Positions 21,463 through 33,837 of a stretch of 64,000 nucleotides of DNA are shown in pieces (within the stretch, counting starts at the first letter, position 1; every line of letters begins with the position of its first letter). Location: positions 21,452,001 to 21,516,000 of the forward strand of contig JBNRSN020000031.1 in NCBI GenBank assembly GCA_051313645.2. Reading direction: 5' to 3'. The position numbers and the translations under genes are program-made. The stretch comes from Centroscyllium fabricii (Eukaryota). The notes under the pieces are model-generated. The model was given only the letters and a program-made list of their open reading frames with translations, ran no database searches and was not told the origin of the DNA.

Positions 21463-24400
21463 CAGGTTGAGCACCAGTAATCCGTTACCCAAAAAACCGG
21501 CAGCTTCGAACGTCTGGCAATAATTCCCCCGACTGCGCCGTGCATGCGCTAAATGGCACCCGCGATTGATGCTTCGGTGACTGATCTGCGCCTGCGCCGC
21601 CAAACGGTGAGTGCATGCGCAGATCATTCACTAGCCCTCCGAGCCCAGCCTCACCTCTCCGAGTCCAGCCCCGCCCAGCCCTGCCCAACCTCTCTGAGCC
21701 CAGCCCTGCCCAACCTCTCTGAGCCCAGCCCTGCCCAACCTCTCTGAGCCCAGCCCTGCCCAACCTCTCTGAGCCCAGCCCTGCCCAACCTCTCTGAGCC
21801 CAGCCCTGCCCAACCTCTCTGAGCCCAGCCCTGCCCAACCTCTCTGAGCCCAGCCCTGCCCAACCTCTCTGAGCCCAGCCCTGCCCAACCTCTCTGAGCC
21901 CAGCCCTGCCCAACCTCTCTGAGCCCAGCCCTGCCCAACCTCTCTGAGCCCAGCCCTGCCCAACCTCTCTGAGCCCAGCCCTGCCCAACCTCTCTGAGCC
22001 CAGCCCTGCCCAACCTCTCTGAGCCCAGCCCTGCCCAACCTCTCTGAGCCCAGCCCTGCCCAACCTCTCTGAGCCCAGCCCTGCCCAACCTCTCTGAGCC
22101 CAGCCCTGCCCAACCTCTCTGAGCCCAGCCCTGCCCAACCTCTCTGAGCCCAGCCCTGCCCAACCTCTCTGAGCCCAGCCCTGCCCAACCTCTCTGAGCC
22201 CAGCCCTGCCCAACCTCTCTGAGCCCAGCCCTGCCCAACCTCTCTGAGCCCAGCCCTGCCCAACCTCTCTGAGCCCAGCCCTGCCCAACCTCTCTGAGCC
22301 CAGCCCTGCCCAACCTCTCTGAGCCCAGCCCTGCCCAACCTCTCTGAGCCCAGCCCTGCCCAACCTCTCTGCGCCCAGCCCTGCCCAACCTCTCTGAGCC
22401 CAGCCCTGCCCAACCTCTCTGAGCCCAGCCCTGCCCAACCTCTCTGAGCCCAGCCCTGCCCAACCTCTCTGAGCCCAGCCCTGCCCAACCTCTCTGAGCC
22501 CAGCCCTGCCCAACCTCTCTGAGCCCAGCCCTGCCCAACCTCTCTGAGCCCAGCCCTGCCCAACCTCTCTGAGCCCAGCCCTGCCCAACCTCTCTGAGCC
22601 CAGCCCTGCCCAACCTCTCTGAGCCCAGCCCTGCCCAACCTCTCTGAGCCCAGCCCTGCCCAACCTCTCTGAGCCCAGCCCTGCCCAACCTCTCTGAGCC
22701 CAGCCCTGCCCAACCTCTCTGAGCCCAGCCCTGCCCAACCTCTCTGAGCCCAGCCCTGCCCAACCTCTCTGAGCCCAGCCCTGCCCAACCTCTCTGAGCC
22801 CAGCCCTGCCCAACCTCTCTGAGCCCAGCCCTGCCCAACCTCTCTGAGCCCAGCCCTGCCCAACCTCTCTGAGCCCAGCCCTGCCCAACCTCTCTGAGCC
22901 CAGCCCTGCCCAACCTCTCTGAGCCCAGCCCTGCCCAACCTCTCTGAGCCCAGCCCTGCCCAACCTCTCTGAGCCCAGCCCTGCCCAACCTCTCTGAGCC
23001 CAGCCCTGCCCAACCTCTGAGCCCAGCCCTGCCCAACCTCTCTGAGCCCAGCCCTGCCCAACCTCTCTGAGCCCAGCCCTGCCCAACCTCTCTGCGCCCA
23101 GCCCTGCCCAACCTCTCTGAGCCCAGCCCTGCCCAACCTCTCTGAGCCCAGCCCTGCCCAACCTCTCTGAGCCCAGCCCTGCCCAACCTCTCTGAGCCCA
23201 GCCCTGCCCAACCTCTCTGAGCCCAGCCCTGCCCAACCTCTGAGCCCAGCCCTGCCCAACCTCTGAGCCCAGCCCTGCCCAACCTCTGAGCCCAGCCCTG
23301 CCCAACCTCTGAGCCCAGCCCTGCCCAACCTCTGAGCCCAGCCCTGCCCAACCTCTGAGCCCAGCCCTGCCCAACCTCTGAGCCCAGCCCTGCCCAACCT
23401 CTGAGCCCAGCCCTGCCCAACCTCTGAGCCCAGCCCTGCCCAACCTCTGAGCCCAGCCCTGCCCAACCTCTGAGCCCAGCCCTGCCCAACCTCTGAGCCC
23501 AGCCCTGCCCAACCTCTGAGCCCAGCCCTGCCCAACCTCTGAGCCCAGCCCTGCCCAACCTCTGAGCCCAGCCCTGCCCAACCTCTGAGCCCAGCCCTGC
23601 CCAACCTCTGAGCCCAGCCCTGCCCAACCTCTGAGCCCAGCCCTGCCCAACCTCTGAGCCCAGCCCTGCCCAACCTCTGAGCCCAGCCCTGCCCAACCTC
23701 TGAGCCCAGCCCTGCCCAACCTCTGAGCCCAGCCCTGCCCAACCTCTGAGCCCAGCCCTGCCCAACCTCTGAGCCCAGCCCTGCCCAACCTCTGAGCCCA
23801 GCCCTGCCCAACCTCTGAGCCCAGCCCTGCCCAACCTCTGAGCCCAGCCCTGCCCAACCTCTGAGCCCAGCCCTGCCCAACCTCTGAGCCCAGCCCTGCC
23901 CAACCTCTGAGCCCAGCCCTGCCCAACCTCTGAGCCCAGCCCTGCCCAACCTCTGAGCCCAGCCCTGCCCAACCTCTGAGCCCAGCCCTGCCCAACCTCT
24001 GAGCCCAGCCCTGCCCAACCTCTGAGCCCAGCCCTGCCCAACCTCTGAGCCCAGCCCTGCCCAACCTCTGAGCCCAGCCCTGCCCAACCTCTGAGCCCAG
24101 CCCTGCCCAACCTCTGAGCCCAGCCCTGCCCAACCTCTGAGCCCAGCCCTGCCCAACCTCTGAGCCCAGCCCTGCCCAACCTCTGAGCCCAGCCCTGCCC
24201 AACCTCTGAGCCCAGCCCTGCCCAACCTCTGAGCCCAGCCCTGCCCAACCTCTGAGCCCAGCCCTGCCCAACCTCTGAGCCCAGCCCTGCCCAACCTCTG
24301 AGCCCAGCCCTGCCCAACCTCTGAGCCCAGCCCTGCCCAACCTCTGAGCCCAGCCCTGCCCAACCTCTGAGCCCAGCCCTGCCCAACCTCTGAGCCCAGC

Positions 24401-25478
24401 CCTGCCCAACCTCTGAGCCCAGCCCTGCCCAACCTCTGAGCCCAGCCCTGCCCAACCTCTGAGCCCAGCCCTGCCCAACCTCTGAGCCCAGCCCTGCCCA
24501 ACCTCTGAGCCCAGCCCTGCCCAACCTCTGAGCCCAGCCCTGCCCAACCTCTGAGCCCAGCCCTGCCCAACCTCTGAGCCCAGCCCTGCCCAACCTCTGA
24601 GCCCAGCCCTGCCCAACCTCTGAGCCCAGCCCTGCCCAACCTCTGAGCCCAGCCCTGCCCAACCTCTGAGCCCAGCCCTGCCCAACCTCTGAGCCCAGCC
24701 CTGCCCAACCTCTGAGCCCAGCCCTGCCCAACCTCTCCGAGCCCAGCCCCGCCCAACCTCTCCGAGCCCAGCCCCGCCCAACCTCTCCGAGCCCAGCCCC
24801 GCCCAACCTCTCCGAGCCCAGCCCCGCCCAACCTCTCCGAGCCCAGCCCCGCAACTCCGAGCCCAACCTCGCCGGGCCTCTCCGAGCTGATCCCGGGCCT
24901 CCCCGAATGACAAGCGCATGCGCAGACCACTCAAAATGGCCGGCAGCCTTTCGCGGCGACCATTTTGAATGATCTGCGCATGCGTCGCCGGACGGCTAGC
25001 GCATGCGCAGATCATTCAAAACGGCCGCCAGGCCTTCCGTGGCGTCAGGGCGAAAATAAAACTGGAAGCGCACGGTTCCCGGCGAGCAGGCTGGCCCTGT
25101 GCGGGAGCCGGGAATGGGAATGTTGAGCGGAGTTCCTTACCCGGCTTTGCTGCTGCTGGAGTCAGTGGATGAGCGGCTGGCTGAGTGAGTGAACAGCTCC
25201 GGCTTGTGTCTCGGCAGTACTAGCATATCCAGTGAGCACTCACTCTAAAAATAGCTCCCCTCCCCCTGCACCAATCCGCACATACACATGGCCCCACTCA
25301 GCCTCCTCTTTTGGACTTTTCCTGCAATGTTCGGCGGCCATTTCCAATGTTGTGCGCATGCGCGCGGCCTTTTTGCATGGTGCGCGCATGCGCACTGACC
25401 GACTTCATTCTGCCGGTTTTTTCACTTTCCCGGCACGGGCCTGGTCCCGCCCGTGCCGGATTTCCGGTGCACAACCTG
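21463..25478. mobile_element. MITE of the CAGG...CCTG family expanded to 4 kb by an internal minisatellite
   Basis: TA|CAGGTTGAGCACCAGTAATCCG ... CGGATTTCCGGTGCACAACCTG|TA; ends match the copies at 30752 and 34940. Confidence 0.9.
21640..24870. repeat. GC-rich minisatellite: 25-bp unit GAGCCCAGCCCTGCCCAACCTCTCT switching to a 23-bp unit near 23240
   Basis: Directly visible near-perfect tandem array of roughly 130 units. Confidence 0.99.
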
Positions 25479-25645
25479 TATTTCAAGTTAAACTAGTTTC
25501 TATGTAGAAAAAAAAGGTGTCGAGACATTTATTCAACTGATCAGGATATTTATCAAACTTTTCTTTGCAGGAAGTTTGCATTTTAATTATGGGTAGACAT
25601 ACATATGTGCACTAAGCTGAGACATGAATACTAGTTTATTCTAAC

Positions 25646-25751
25646 TCAAAAGCAAAATATTGCAGATGCTGGAAAACTGAAATAAAAACAGAAAATGCTA
25701 GAAATACTAAGCAGGTCAGGCTGCATCTGTGGAGAGAGAAATAGAGTTAAC
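25646..25751. mobile_element. Penelope-like terminal repeat fragment, interrupted by a Harbinger-like element
   Basis: AAAAGCAAAATATTGCAGATGCTGGAAA...GTGGAGAGAGAA, the same family as 8779-8880; continues at 26576. Confidence 0.6.
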
Positions 25752-26575
25752 GGGGGGGATTTTCATGTCCCTGTGAGGCGGGGTTAGGGCGGCCCGGCCG
25801 GCAAAATAGTGGAACCGGCGGGTCTCGCCTCCCACCGTATCCCCGCCGCTTTCTCATTTTCCCCCGCCCCGAAACCTTCGCGCCGCCGGCCGGCGGGGAT
25901 GGGTTGTTCCCTCGTTAAGGGCCCTTAATTGGCATCTTTAATGCCATTTTAAGGGCCCTCAGCCATTTTGCCCTGTTTCCCGCCCTAACCCCGCCACCCT
26001 AAACCCCGCTACCTTAAACCCCGCTGGGTGAAACCCAGAGGGAGCACAGCGCTGGTTATTACTGTTGGACTATAACCTGGTGTTGTGAGACTTCTTGCAT
26101 TTATTACTTTCTCCTTCAAGGTGTGAAGGACATGCTGCCAAATGCTTGGCATGCCTCCAGCAGCTTAGAGGAGTAAGTAACTCCATTCTGGCTGCAGCAG
26201 CAGCTGTTAGCAGAAACTGAGAAATCTCAGTTCTGAACATGTCCTCACAGCCGCTGCGAGTTGCGAGGGATTCTGAGCCCGCCCACCCACCCACCTGTCA
26301 GTCACCAGCACTTGGCCTTTCCCATTGGCTCCACATCACAGTGGAGTGTTTCCATGGGAACTGACAACAACCAGTGCTGGAACTGTCAAAGTCCTCGCAG
26401 CCCCGATGCAGCCCAACTTGACTGACCTAATTACCTCCCGCTGGCGCCGATGGTGATTTAACAACCTAATTAAACTAAAATTGCGTGGCCTTCCCAGCTG
26501 TTTGGGCGGGCGGGACTGGAAGCCGCCCAGACCAATCCCCGCCAGGTTCCTGCCCTCCCGGCAAAATCCTCCCCC
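25752..26575. mobile_element. Non-autonomous PIF/Harbinger-like element
   Basis: 3-bp duplication AAC on both sides; termini GGGGGGGATTTT / AAAATCCTCCCCC. Confidence 0.8.
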
Positions 26576-26799
26576 AACGTTTCTGGTTGATGACCTGACG
26601 CCCAGTTTTAGTCTTTCAGGTGTAATCATTTTTAGTTTTGAAGATGAGGGGAGTTCAAAATGCTCTTTAACTTTGTTTAGGAATTGATTGTGCTTTATAT
26701 GGTCAAATGCAAGAAAATGTAATTACTTTGGTTCCTGCTTCAGGAGCTGGCTGAGCAAACACAGGACCTTATTATGCTACTTCTCTCCATAGGTGCAAA

Positions 26800-27425
26800 A
26801 CTATTATGCATGCTCAAAGTAGAAGGCAAAGAGTAGAGTTAATTGGATTTTTTTGGGATTGGCAGGGTAGTGGTATGCCCCAGAGCTTTATTGCTCTTTT
26901 CTTCTCCATTTATGTAAATGATTGTACAGCACATGGGCGCAAGAGAAATGATGCCACGGTTTTCTGTTGATATCAGATTAGGGTGCAAAACAAGTTGTCA
27001 AGGGGATTGCAGGAAGACAGACATGTTAGCAGAGTGGGCAGATACATAGTGGATATGTTGAGAAATCTAAAATAGTACATTTTGAAAAAAGAACAGTGAA
27101 AGGGCGCATATCCTGAATAGTAAAAGGGTTACAAGTGGAGGAGTAGAGAGATCGGAGGGTGCAGATAGATCTTCAAAAGCAGAAAGGGCCATAAATAGGC
27201 AAATTGGATTTTGAGTTTTATACTTGGGGGCCAATGAATTTGGCCATGTAAGGAAGAAAGCGATGTTGAAGTTGTGCAAGACTTTGGTTCGGCCCCAGTT
27301 GTAGTATCAAATGCAGTTCTGGCAACCCCATGATAAGTAAAATATCAGAGCCATAGAAAGGGTTCTGCGACGATTCATTAACATTATACCAGAAATGAGA
27401 GATTATAGTTTTGGGGGGAAAAAGG
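26800..27425 (+). mobile_element. Old degraded CR1 fragment
   Basis: Decayed RT motifs (GTGGTATGCCCCAG; TTGGTTCGGCCCCAGTTG...GCAGTTCTGG). Confidence 0.55.
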
Positions 27426-29555
27426 CATAGAAACACAAGATAGGAGCAGGAGTAGACCATTTGGCCCCTCGAGCCTGTTCCGCCATTCAATGCGATCATG
27501 GCTGATCATCCAAACCCAGCACCCCGTCCTTGCTTTCACCCCATATCCCTTGATCCCTTTAGCCTTAAGAAATATATCCAACTTCTTCTTGAATATATTT
27601 AATGAATTAGCTTCGACTGCCTTCTGTGGTAGAGAATTCCACAGGTTCACCACTCTCTGGGTGAAGAAATTCCTCCTCATCTTTGTCCTAAATGCCTTAC
27701 TCCTTATCCTTAGACTGTGACCCCTGTTTCTGGATTTCTTCACCAACGGGAACAACCTTCCTGCATCTAGTCTGTCCAGTCCTGTTAGAATTTTATAAGT
27801 TTCAATGAGATCCCCTCTCATTCTTCTAAACTCTAGCGAGTACAAGCCCAATCGACCCAATCTCTCCTCATGCTGATACCTGGGACCATCCCAGGTATCA
27901 GCCTGGTGAACCTTTGCTGCACTCCTTCCATGTACAAGAACATCCTTCCTTAGAGGGTGACACGGTGGCATAGTGATTAGCACTGTTGCCTCACAGCGCT
28001 AGGGGCCCGGGTTCAAATCTGGCCTCGGGTGACTATCTGTGTGGGGTTTGCACATTCTCCCCGTGTCTGCGTGGGTTTCCTCCGGGTGCTCCGGTTTCCT
28101 CCCACAGTCCAAAGATGTGCGGGTTAGGTTGATTGGCCAGGTTAAATTGACCCTTAGTGTTAGGGGGATTGAATATGTGGGGTTACGGGGACAGGGTGGG
28201 ATATGTGTCGGTGCAGGCTCGATGGGTCGAAATGGCCTCTATCTGCACTGTAGGGATTCTATGATAAGGCGACCAAAACTGCACACAATACTCCAGATGT
28301 GGTCTCACCAAGGCCCTGTATAACTGCAGCAAGACATCCTTGTTCCTGTGCGCAAACCCTCTTGCTACGAAGGCCAACATACCATTTGCCTTCTTAACCG
28401 CCTGCTGCACCTGCATGCATACCTTCAGCGACTGGTGCACAAGGACGCAAAGGTCTCATTGCACTTCCCCTTCTCCCAATCTATTGCCATTCAGATAATA
28501 ATCTGCCGCCTTGTTTTTGACACCAAAGTGGATAACCTCGCATTTATCCACGTTATATTGCATCTGCCATGCTTCTGCCCACTCTCCCAACCTGTCCAAA
28601 TCATACTGGAGTTTCTCGGCATCCTCCTTACAGCACACACGCCCACCCAGCTTTGTGTCATTTGCAAACTTGGAGATATTACATCTAGTTCCCTCGTCCA
28701 GATCATTAATATATATTGTGAATAGCTGGGATCCAAGGACCGATCCCTGCGGTACCCCACTAGTCACTGCCTGCCACTCGGAAAAAGAGCCGTTTATTCC
28801 AATTCTTTGCTTTCTGCCTGCCAACCAGTTCTCTATCCAAGTCAATACCTTACCCCCAATCCCATGTGCCTTAACTTTACACGCTAATCTCTTATGCAGG
28901 ACCTTATCGAAAGCCTTTTGAAAGTCCAAGTACACCACATCCACTAGTTCTCCCTCATCTATTTTACCAGTTACATCCTCAAAAAATTCCAGTAGATTAG
29001 TGGAGCACGATTTACCTTTTGTAAATCCATGTTGACTTTGTCCGATCCGGTCGCTGTTTTCCAAGTACTTTGCTATTGCATCCATCTTTTATCCATCCAT
29101 CTTTTAGAATGGACTCTAGCATTTTCCCCACTACCGATGTCACACTTTTCATAATTCCCCGTTTTCTCTCTACCACCTTTTTTGAACAGAGGGCTAACAT
29201 TAGCTACCTTCCAATCCATAGGTACTGTTCCCGAGTCTATCGAATTTTGGAAGATGACCAGCAATACATCCACTATTTCTAGGGCCACTTCCTTAAGTAC
29301 CCTAGGATGTAGATTATCAGACCCTGGCGATTTATTGGTTTTCAGTCCCATCAATTTCTCTTACACCATTTCCCTACAGTTCCTCCCTTTCATTAGACGC
29401 CATGTTCCCCGACATCTCTGGGAGGTTGTTTGTGTCCTCCTTTGTGAAGAAAGAACCAAAGTATGTATTTAATTGGTCTTCCATTTCTTTGTTCCCCATT
29501 ATAAATTTCCCTGATTCTGACTGCAAGGGACCTACGCTTGACTTCACCAATCTTG
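27426..29555 (-). mobile_element. CR1/HER1 LINE ORF2 (RT) fragment with frameshifts
   Basis: KSPGSDNLHPRVLKE, QHGFTKGKSC, YLDFQKAFDKV, GVPQGSVLG, FANDTK, RPHLEYCVQFWSP and 3' tail. Confidence 0.95.
27955..28263 (+). mobile_element. HE1-like V-SINE (short-tail variant) nested in CR1
   Basis: Interrupts the CR1 in the opposite orientation; ends CTGTAGGGATTCTATG. Confidence 0.9.
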
Positions 29556-29557
29556 CT

Positions 29558-30028
29558 ATTTTTTTAAATTCATTGATGGGATGTGGGCGTCGCTGGCTGG
29601 CTAGGCCTGCATTTTAGTGCCCATCCCTAATTGCCCTTGAGAAGATGGTGGTGAGCTGCCTTCTTGAACCGCTGCAGTCTTATTGTTTTTCGGAGCGGTT
29701 GTTTATGGAGCGGTTGTTTACAACTGAGTGACTTGCTGGGCCATTTCAGAGGGCATTAAGAGTCAACCACATTGCTGTGGGTCTGGAGTCACATGTAGGC
29801 CAGACCAGGTAAGGATGGCAGATTTCCTTCCCTAAAGGACATTAGTGAACCAGATGGGTTTTTGCAACAATCGACAATGGTATCGTGGTCGCCATTACTA
29901 AGACTAACATTTAATTCCAGAATTAAATTGAATTGAATTTGAATTCCACCAGCTGCCGTGGTGGGATTTGAACCCATAGACTGAGCCTCTGGCTTACTAG
30001 TCTAGTGACATAACCACTACGCCACCGC
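29558..30028 (-). mobile_element. SacSINE1/DeuSINE-like tRNA-derived SINE
   Basis: Minus strand GTGGCGTAGTGGTTATG...GGGTTCAAATCCCACC head and core CCTTACCTGGTCTGGCCTACATGTGACTCCAGACCCACAGC recalled from shark Deu-type SINEs. Confidence 0.7.
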
Positions 30029-30219
30029 TATTAATTTGCCAACTAGCAAAAACAAGCAATCTATCTCTAATTTACTCTCTCAAAATCATAGCTTGGAAAA
30101 TTGGAGTTTTTTTTTAATTGAACAAATATGGGGGGAACTAACAGATTTTCAAAATTACGATTTTGAGAGAGTAAATTAGAGATAGATTGCTTGTTTCTGC
30201 TAGTTGGCAAATTAATAGC
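30027..30219. repeat. Long inverted repeat (about 61-75 bp arms)
   Basis: 30027-30087 is the near-perfect reverse complement of 30159-30219. Confidence 0.95.
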
Positions 30220-30751
30220 AAGGGTGCGTAAATCCGGATTAATGCTAAAAGGGTGTTAGAACATGGGATGCTTTACTAGAAGTATATATTGAAATATAGA
30301 TTGTAGCATAATTTAAAATGGATTGGATAAATCTTTGAGAAGAAAAATATAAAACAATATTGGACAACGACCAGGAAATGGATTTAGAGTAGATAGTTGA
30401 AGAGTTGGCGCTGGCACTGACCTGATGGGCCAAACAGCCTCCTGTGCGGTAAATTCTGATTCTATAAAAACGGACTTTTTCCCTCCTGTGTGCAATTTGA
30501 AAGTGGAAATTCCAGGAGAGGAGGTGAACATGCAGTAGTTTTACCCCAGAAGTATTTTGTCATTTATATACATGAGTAGTGGCTTGCCACAGTTCAGATG
30601 AAGCAGTCCATTTAATCACATCCTTCTAGAATACCAGGTCTACCGTCTTCACATTACAGCATCTAGCTTGCTGCTTTAATAACTTCAATATCCTGTTCTG
30701 AACCACCCTTCTAGTTGTTGCTCAGTCTGTGTAAAGAAATATTTCCTGGTA

Positions 30752-31226
30752 CAGGTTGAGCACCGGAAATCCGGCACGGGCGGGACCAGGCCCGTGCCGG
30801 GAAAGTGAAACAACCGGCAGAATGAAGTCGGTCAGTGCGCATGCGCGCACCATTCAAAATGGCCGCGCGCATGCGCACAATATTGGGAATGGCCGCCGGA
30901 CGTCCTTGCGGAGTCTCCGCTACGGTTTGTGCCTCCTGATGACAGGCAGCAGGCTGCTCCGGGGAACCGCGCGCTTCATGGCGGGCACTCGGGACTCGCA
31001 CATTCAAAACGCGGCGCGAGCCGCCACGCCACGGAAGGCCCGGCTCGTCCGGCGGCCGTTTTGAATGATCGCATGCGCTTGCCGTCCAGCGGCGCATGCG
31101 CAGATCATTCGCCGAAGCCGCGATCGCAGCTGCCATTTTGCGCATGCGCAGTGCAGTCGGGGCAATTTGTTCCGGAAGACTGAAGCTGCCGGCGTTTCGG
31201 GTCACGGATTTCCAGTGCTCAACCTG
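30752..31226. mobile_element. MITE, CAGG...CCTG family
   Basis: TA flanks; TIR CAGGTTGAGCAC(C/T)GGAAATCCG. Confidence 0.9.
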
Positions 31227-31799
31227 TATCTCCTAAATTTGCCCCCAACGTCTGCCCTCTTGTCCTGCTGCTGTAGACTTTCAAAGTATTGAAGGGAGTT
31301 GCCTAAAAACTAAATGTTCATTACTCCACAAAATGTAGCTCCTACCCAGTTGAGAAAGAACTTCTTTATTTAGAAAGAACTATTAAAATTTGAAAAGCAT
31401 ATGTCACTGACTAGATTTGTGCTCAATCACCTTCTTTGTGGTTATATGTGTAAATGAGGAAAATTAGGCAGCTAGAGTATCTGCCTACAATACCTCAAAG
31501 CCAGTTTCCTAGGACTGCGATGAGGGTTTGAGAAAGTTATGTCGTGCCATTCACACGTGCAGACCTTCTGTCAGTGCCTGCAGTTTGAGGCTGATTTCTC
31601 TTTGTCCAGCCTCAAATTCAAAAGGACCTGAAGTGTTTGCGAAGATGAAATATTTGTGTAGAATGGGAATAGTTCAGTGATGATCCATTTATGTAATGCA
31701 AGGATGGGCTTTTTTGCATTCGACCATGCTTTTCCATTCAACGATTAGTGATTGGTGCTTTTTGTGTAATTATATAGATTCAAATTTTGTATAGAACCT

Positions 31800-32770
31800 T
31801 GGTTAGTTGGACGATGGTTGTGCAAGGGCCGGGTTGGACAGTGGTTGTGCAATGGGGTGGGTTGGACGGTGGATGCGCGAGGAGGCGGCTTGGGTGGTGG
31901 TTGCGCGAGGGGGGAGGTTGGGCGGTGGTTGTGCGAGGGGGAGGGTTGGACGATGGTTGTGCAAGGGCCGGGTTGCACGGTGGTTGTGCGAAGGGGCAGG
32001 TTGGACGGTGGTTGTGCGAGGGGCGGGTTGGACGGTGGTTGCGCGAGGGTGCGGGTTGGACGGTGGTTGTGCGGGTTGGACGGTGGTTGCGCGAGGGGGC
32101 GGGTTGGACGGTGGTTGCGCGAGGGGCGGGTTGGACGGTGGTTGCGAGAGGGGGCGGGTTGGACGGTGGTTGCGCGAGGGGGCGGGTTGGACGGTGGTTG
32201 CGCGAGGGGGGCGGGTTGGACGGTGGTTGTGCGAGGGGCGGGTTGGACGGTGGTTGTGCGAGGGGCGGGTTGGACGGTGGTTGTGCGAGGGGGCGGGTTG
32301 GACGGTGGTTGCGCGAGGGGGCGGGTTGGACGGTGGTTGCGCGAGGGGGCGGGTTGGACGTGGTTGCGCGAGGGGGCGGGTTGGACGTGGTTGCGCGAGG
32401 GGGCGGGTTGGACGGTGGTTGCGCGAGGGGGCGGGTTGGACGGTGGTTGCGCGAGGGGGCGGGTTGGACGGTGGTTGCGCGAGGGGGGCGGGTTGGACGG
32501 TGGTTGCGCGAGGGGGGCGGGTTGGACGGTGGTTGCGCGAGGGGGGCGGGTTGGACGGTGGTTGCGCGAGGGGGGCGGGTTGGACGGTGGTTGCGCGAGG
32601 GGGGCGGGTTGGACGGTGGTTGCGCGAGGGGGGCGGGTTGGACGGTGGTTGCGCGAGGGGGGCGGGTTGGACGGTGGTTGCGCGAGGGGGGCGGGTTGGA
32701 CGGTGGTTGCGCGAGGGGGGCGGGTTGGACGGTGGTTGCGCGAGGGGGCGGGTTGGACGGTGGATGTGAG
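31800..32770. repeat. G-rich, CpG-rich minisatellite, 27-29-bp unit GGGTTGGACGGTGGTTGCGCGAGGGGG(G)C
   Basis: Directly visible tandem array of about 34 units. Confidence 0.98.
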
Positions 32771-33220
32771 GGGTTGGAAGGTGGTTACATGTGGGGTGGT
32801 TGTGGATGGTGGTTATGTGGGGGATGGATTAGATGGTAGTTGTGCAACTTTCACTTTCCTGAATATTTCTGCTTAGTTGTATTGATGGTGCGCTTTGTGA
32901 GACAATAATCTAGAATTTTGCATTTGATAACAGGATTTGTTTTATTCAGCTCTACGGTATAATAGAGTGCAAACAAATTGACATTCAAATCATTTTGGAC
33001 CTTGACGTGAATTTAAATTTAGTCTAAACCTGGTCTGCAAACCCAAATGAATAATAAGGTTTAAATATATAAATTAATGGTGTTTCACTATAATGCTGTT
33101 GATTGAATATGACCTATTATAGATTACTTGCCTCCTTAACTAAGCTGTATTGAATGTACTTTTTACATGGTCCCCAAAAGAAAACATTATATAGTCTGAT
33201 TTACTGTATTAGTATACATA

Positions 33221-33837
33221 GGGCGTGAAATTCGCACTCTGGCGCCGGCCCATTAGCGCCCAAAATAGGCGCTAATGGGCCAGCGCCGCATTAGTGCCAA
33301 AAATAGCACCCCCCGCAAAATTCAGCTGGGGGCTAACTGTTAGCGCCCCAACGAATTTAGCGCCCAGCTGGACGTCCTGAATGACGTCATCAAGCTGCGC
33401 AGCGCCTGGGAGGCACTGTACGCCCGAAATTGGGCAGCGCCAGCCGTTTTATTGCGACGCTCTGCCAACGCCAGCTTTTTTCTGTCCAAACAGCAGCGCC
33501 CGAGCGCTGCCTAAAGGGAAGTGTGGCGGTCGGCCATTTTTATTGCTGGCCGACCGCCAGCACATTCCCCCTCGGCTTTCCCCGGCCTCCCTCGCTGCTC
33601 CCCGGCTGGGTGAGGCTTCCCTCAGCTGAGCCCGGCACTTCCTCCGAGTGCCGGGCTCGTTCTGCGGCTCCCGGTCCCTCGGCGGCCCCGCGGGGCTCTC
33701 GTTGCGGCCTCACTCACGCAGCGCTGCGCTAACGGCCTGATGGAGCGAGGCGGCTCGCCCGATTTAGCGCCCGCCCAAACTGAATGGGCATCGCCCAGGT
33801 CAGCGCCACTTTTTGTGCGCTGACCAATTTAGCCCCC
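33221..33837. mobile_element. Non-autonomous PIF/Harbinger-like element
   Basis: ATA duplication on both sides; imperfect TIR GGGCGTGAAATT / AATTTAGCCCCC; many internal TAGCGCC repeats. Confidence 0.75.

Noticed and set aside
21640-24870. Resemblance to an immunoglobulin switch region or a CRISPR array (GGGCT/GGGCA pentamers)
   Set aside because: The unit has no AGCT hotspot, there are no Ig genes nearby, and there are no unique spacers; it is a tandem repeat inside a MITE in a vertebrate intron.
21485-25015. Three ORFs of more than 1000 aa on the minus strand
   Set aside because: They are translations of the 25/23-bp minisatellite, which lacks stops in all three frames on that strand; not a gene.
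26744-26792. AG followed by ELAEQTQDLIML, resembling mammalian exon 15 (KLAEKTEDLIRMRK)
   Set aside because: Wrong position in the gene, no phase-0 donor, and a better exon-15 equivalent exists at 7619-7660; probably chance.
31787-32876. Gly/Arg-rich ORFs of 320-352 aa
   Set aside because: Produced by the 28-bp minisatellite in all three frames.
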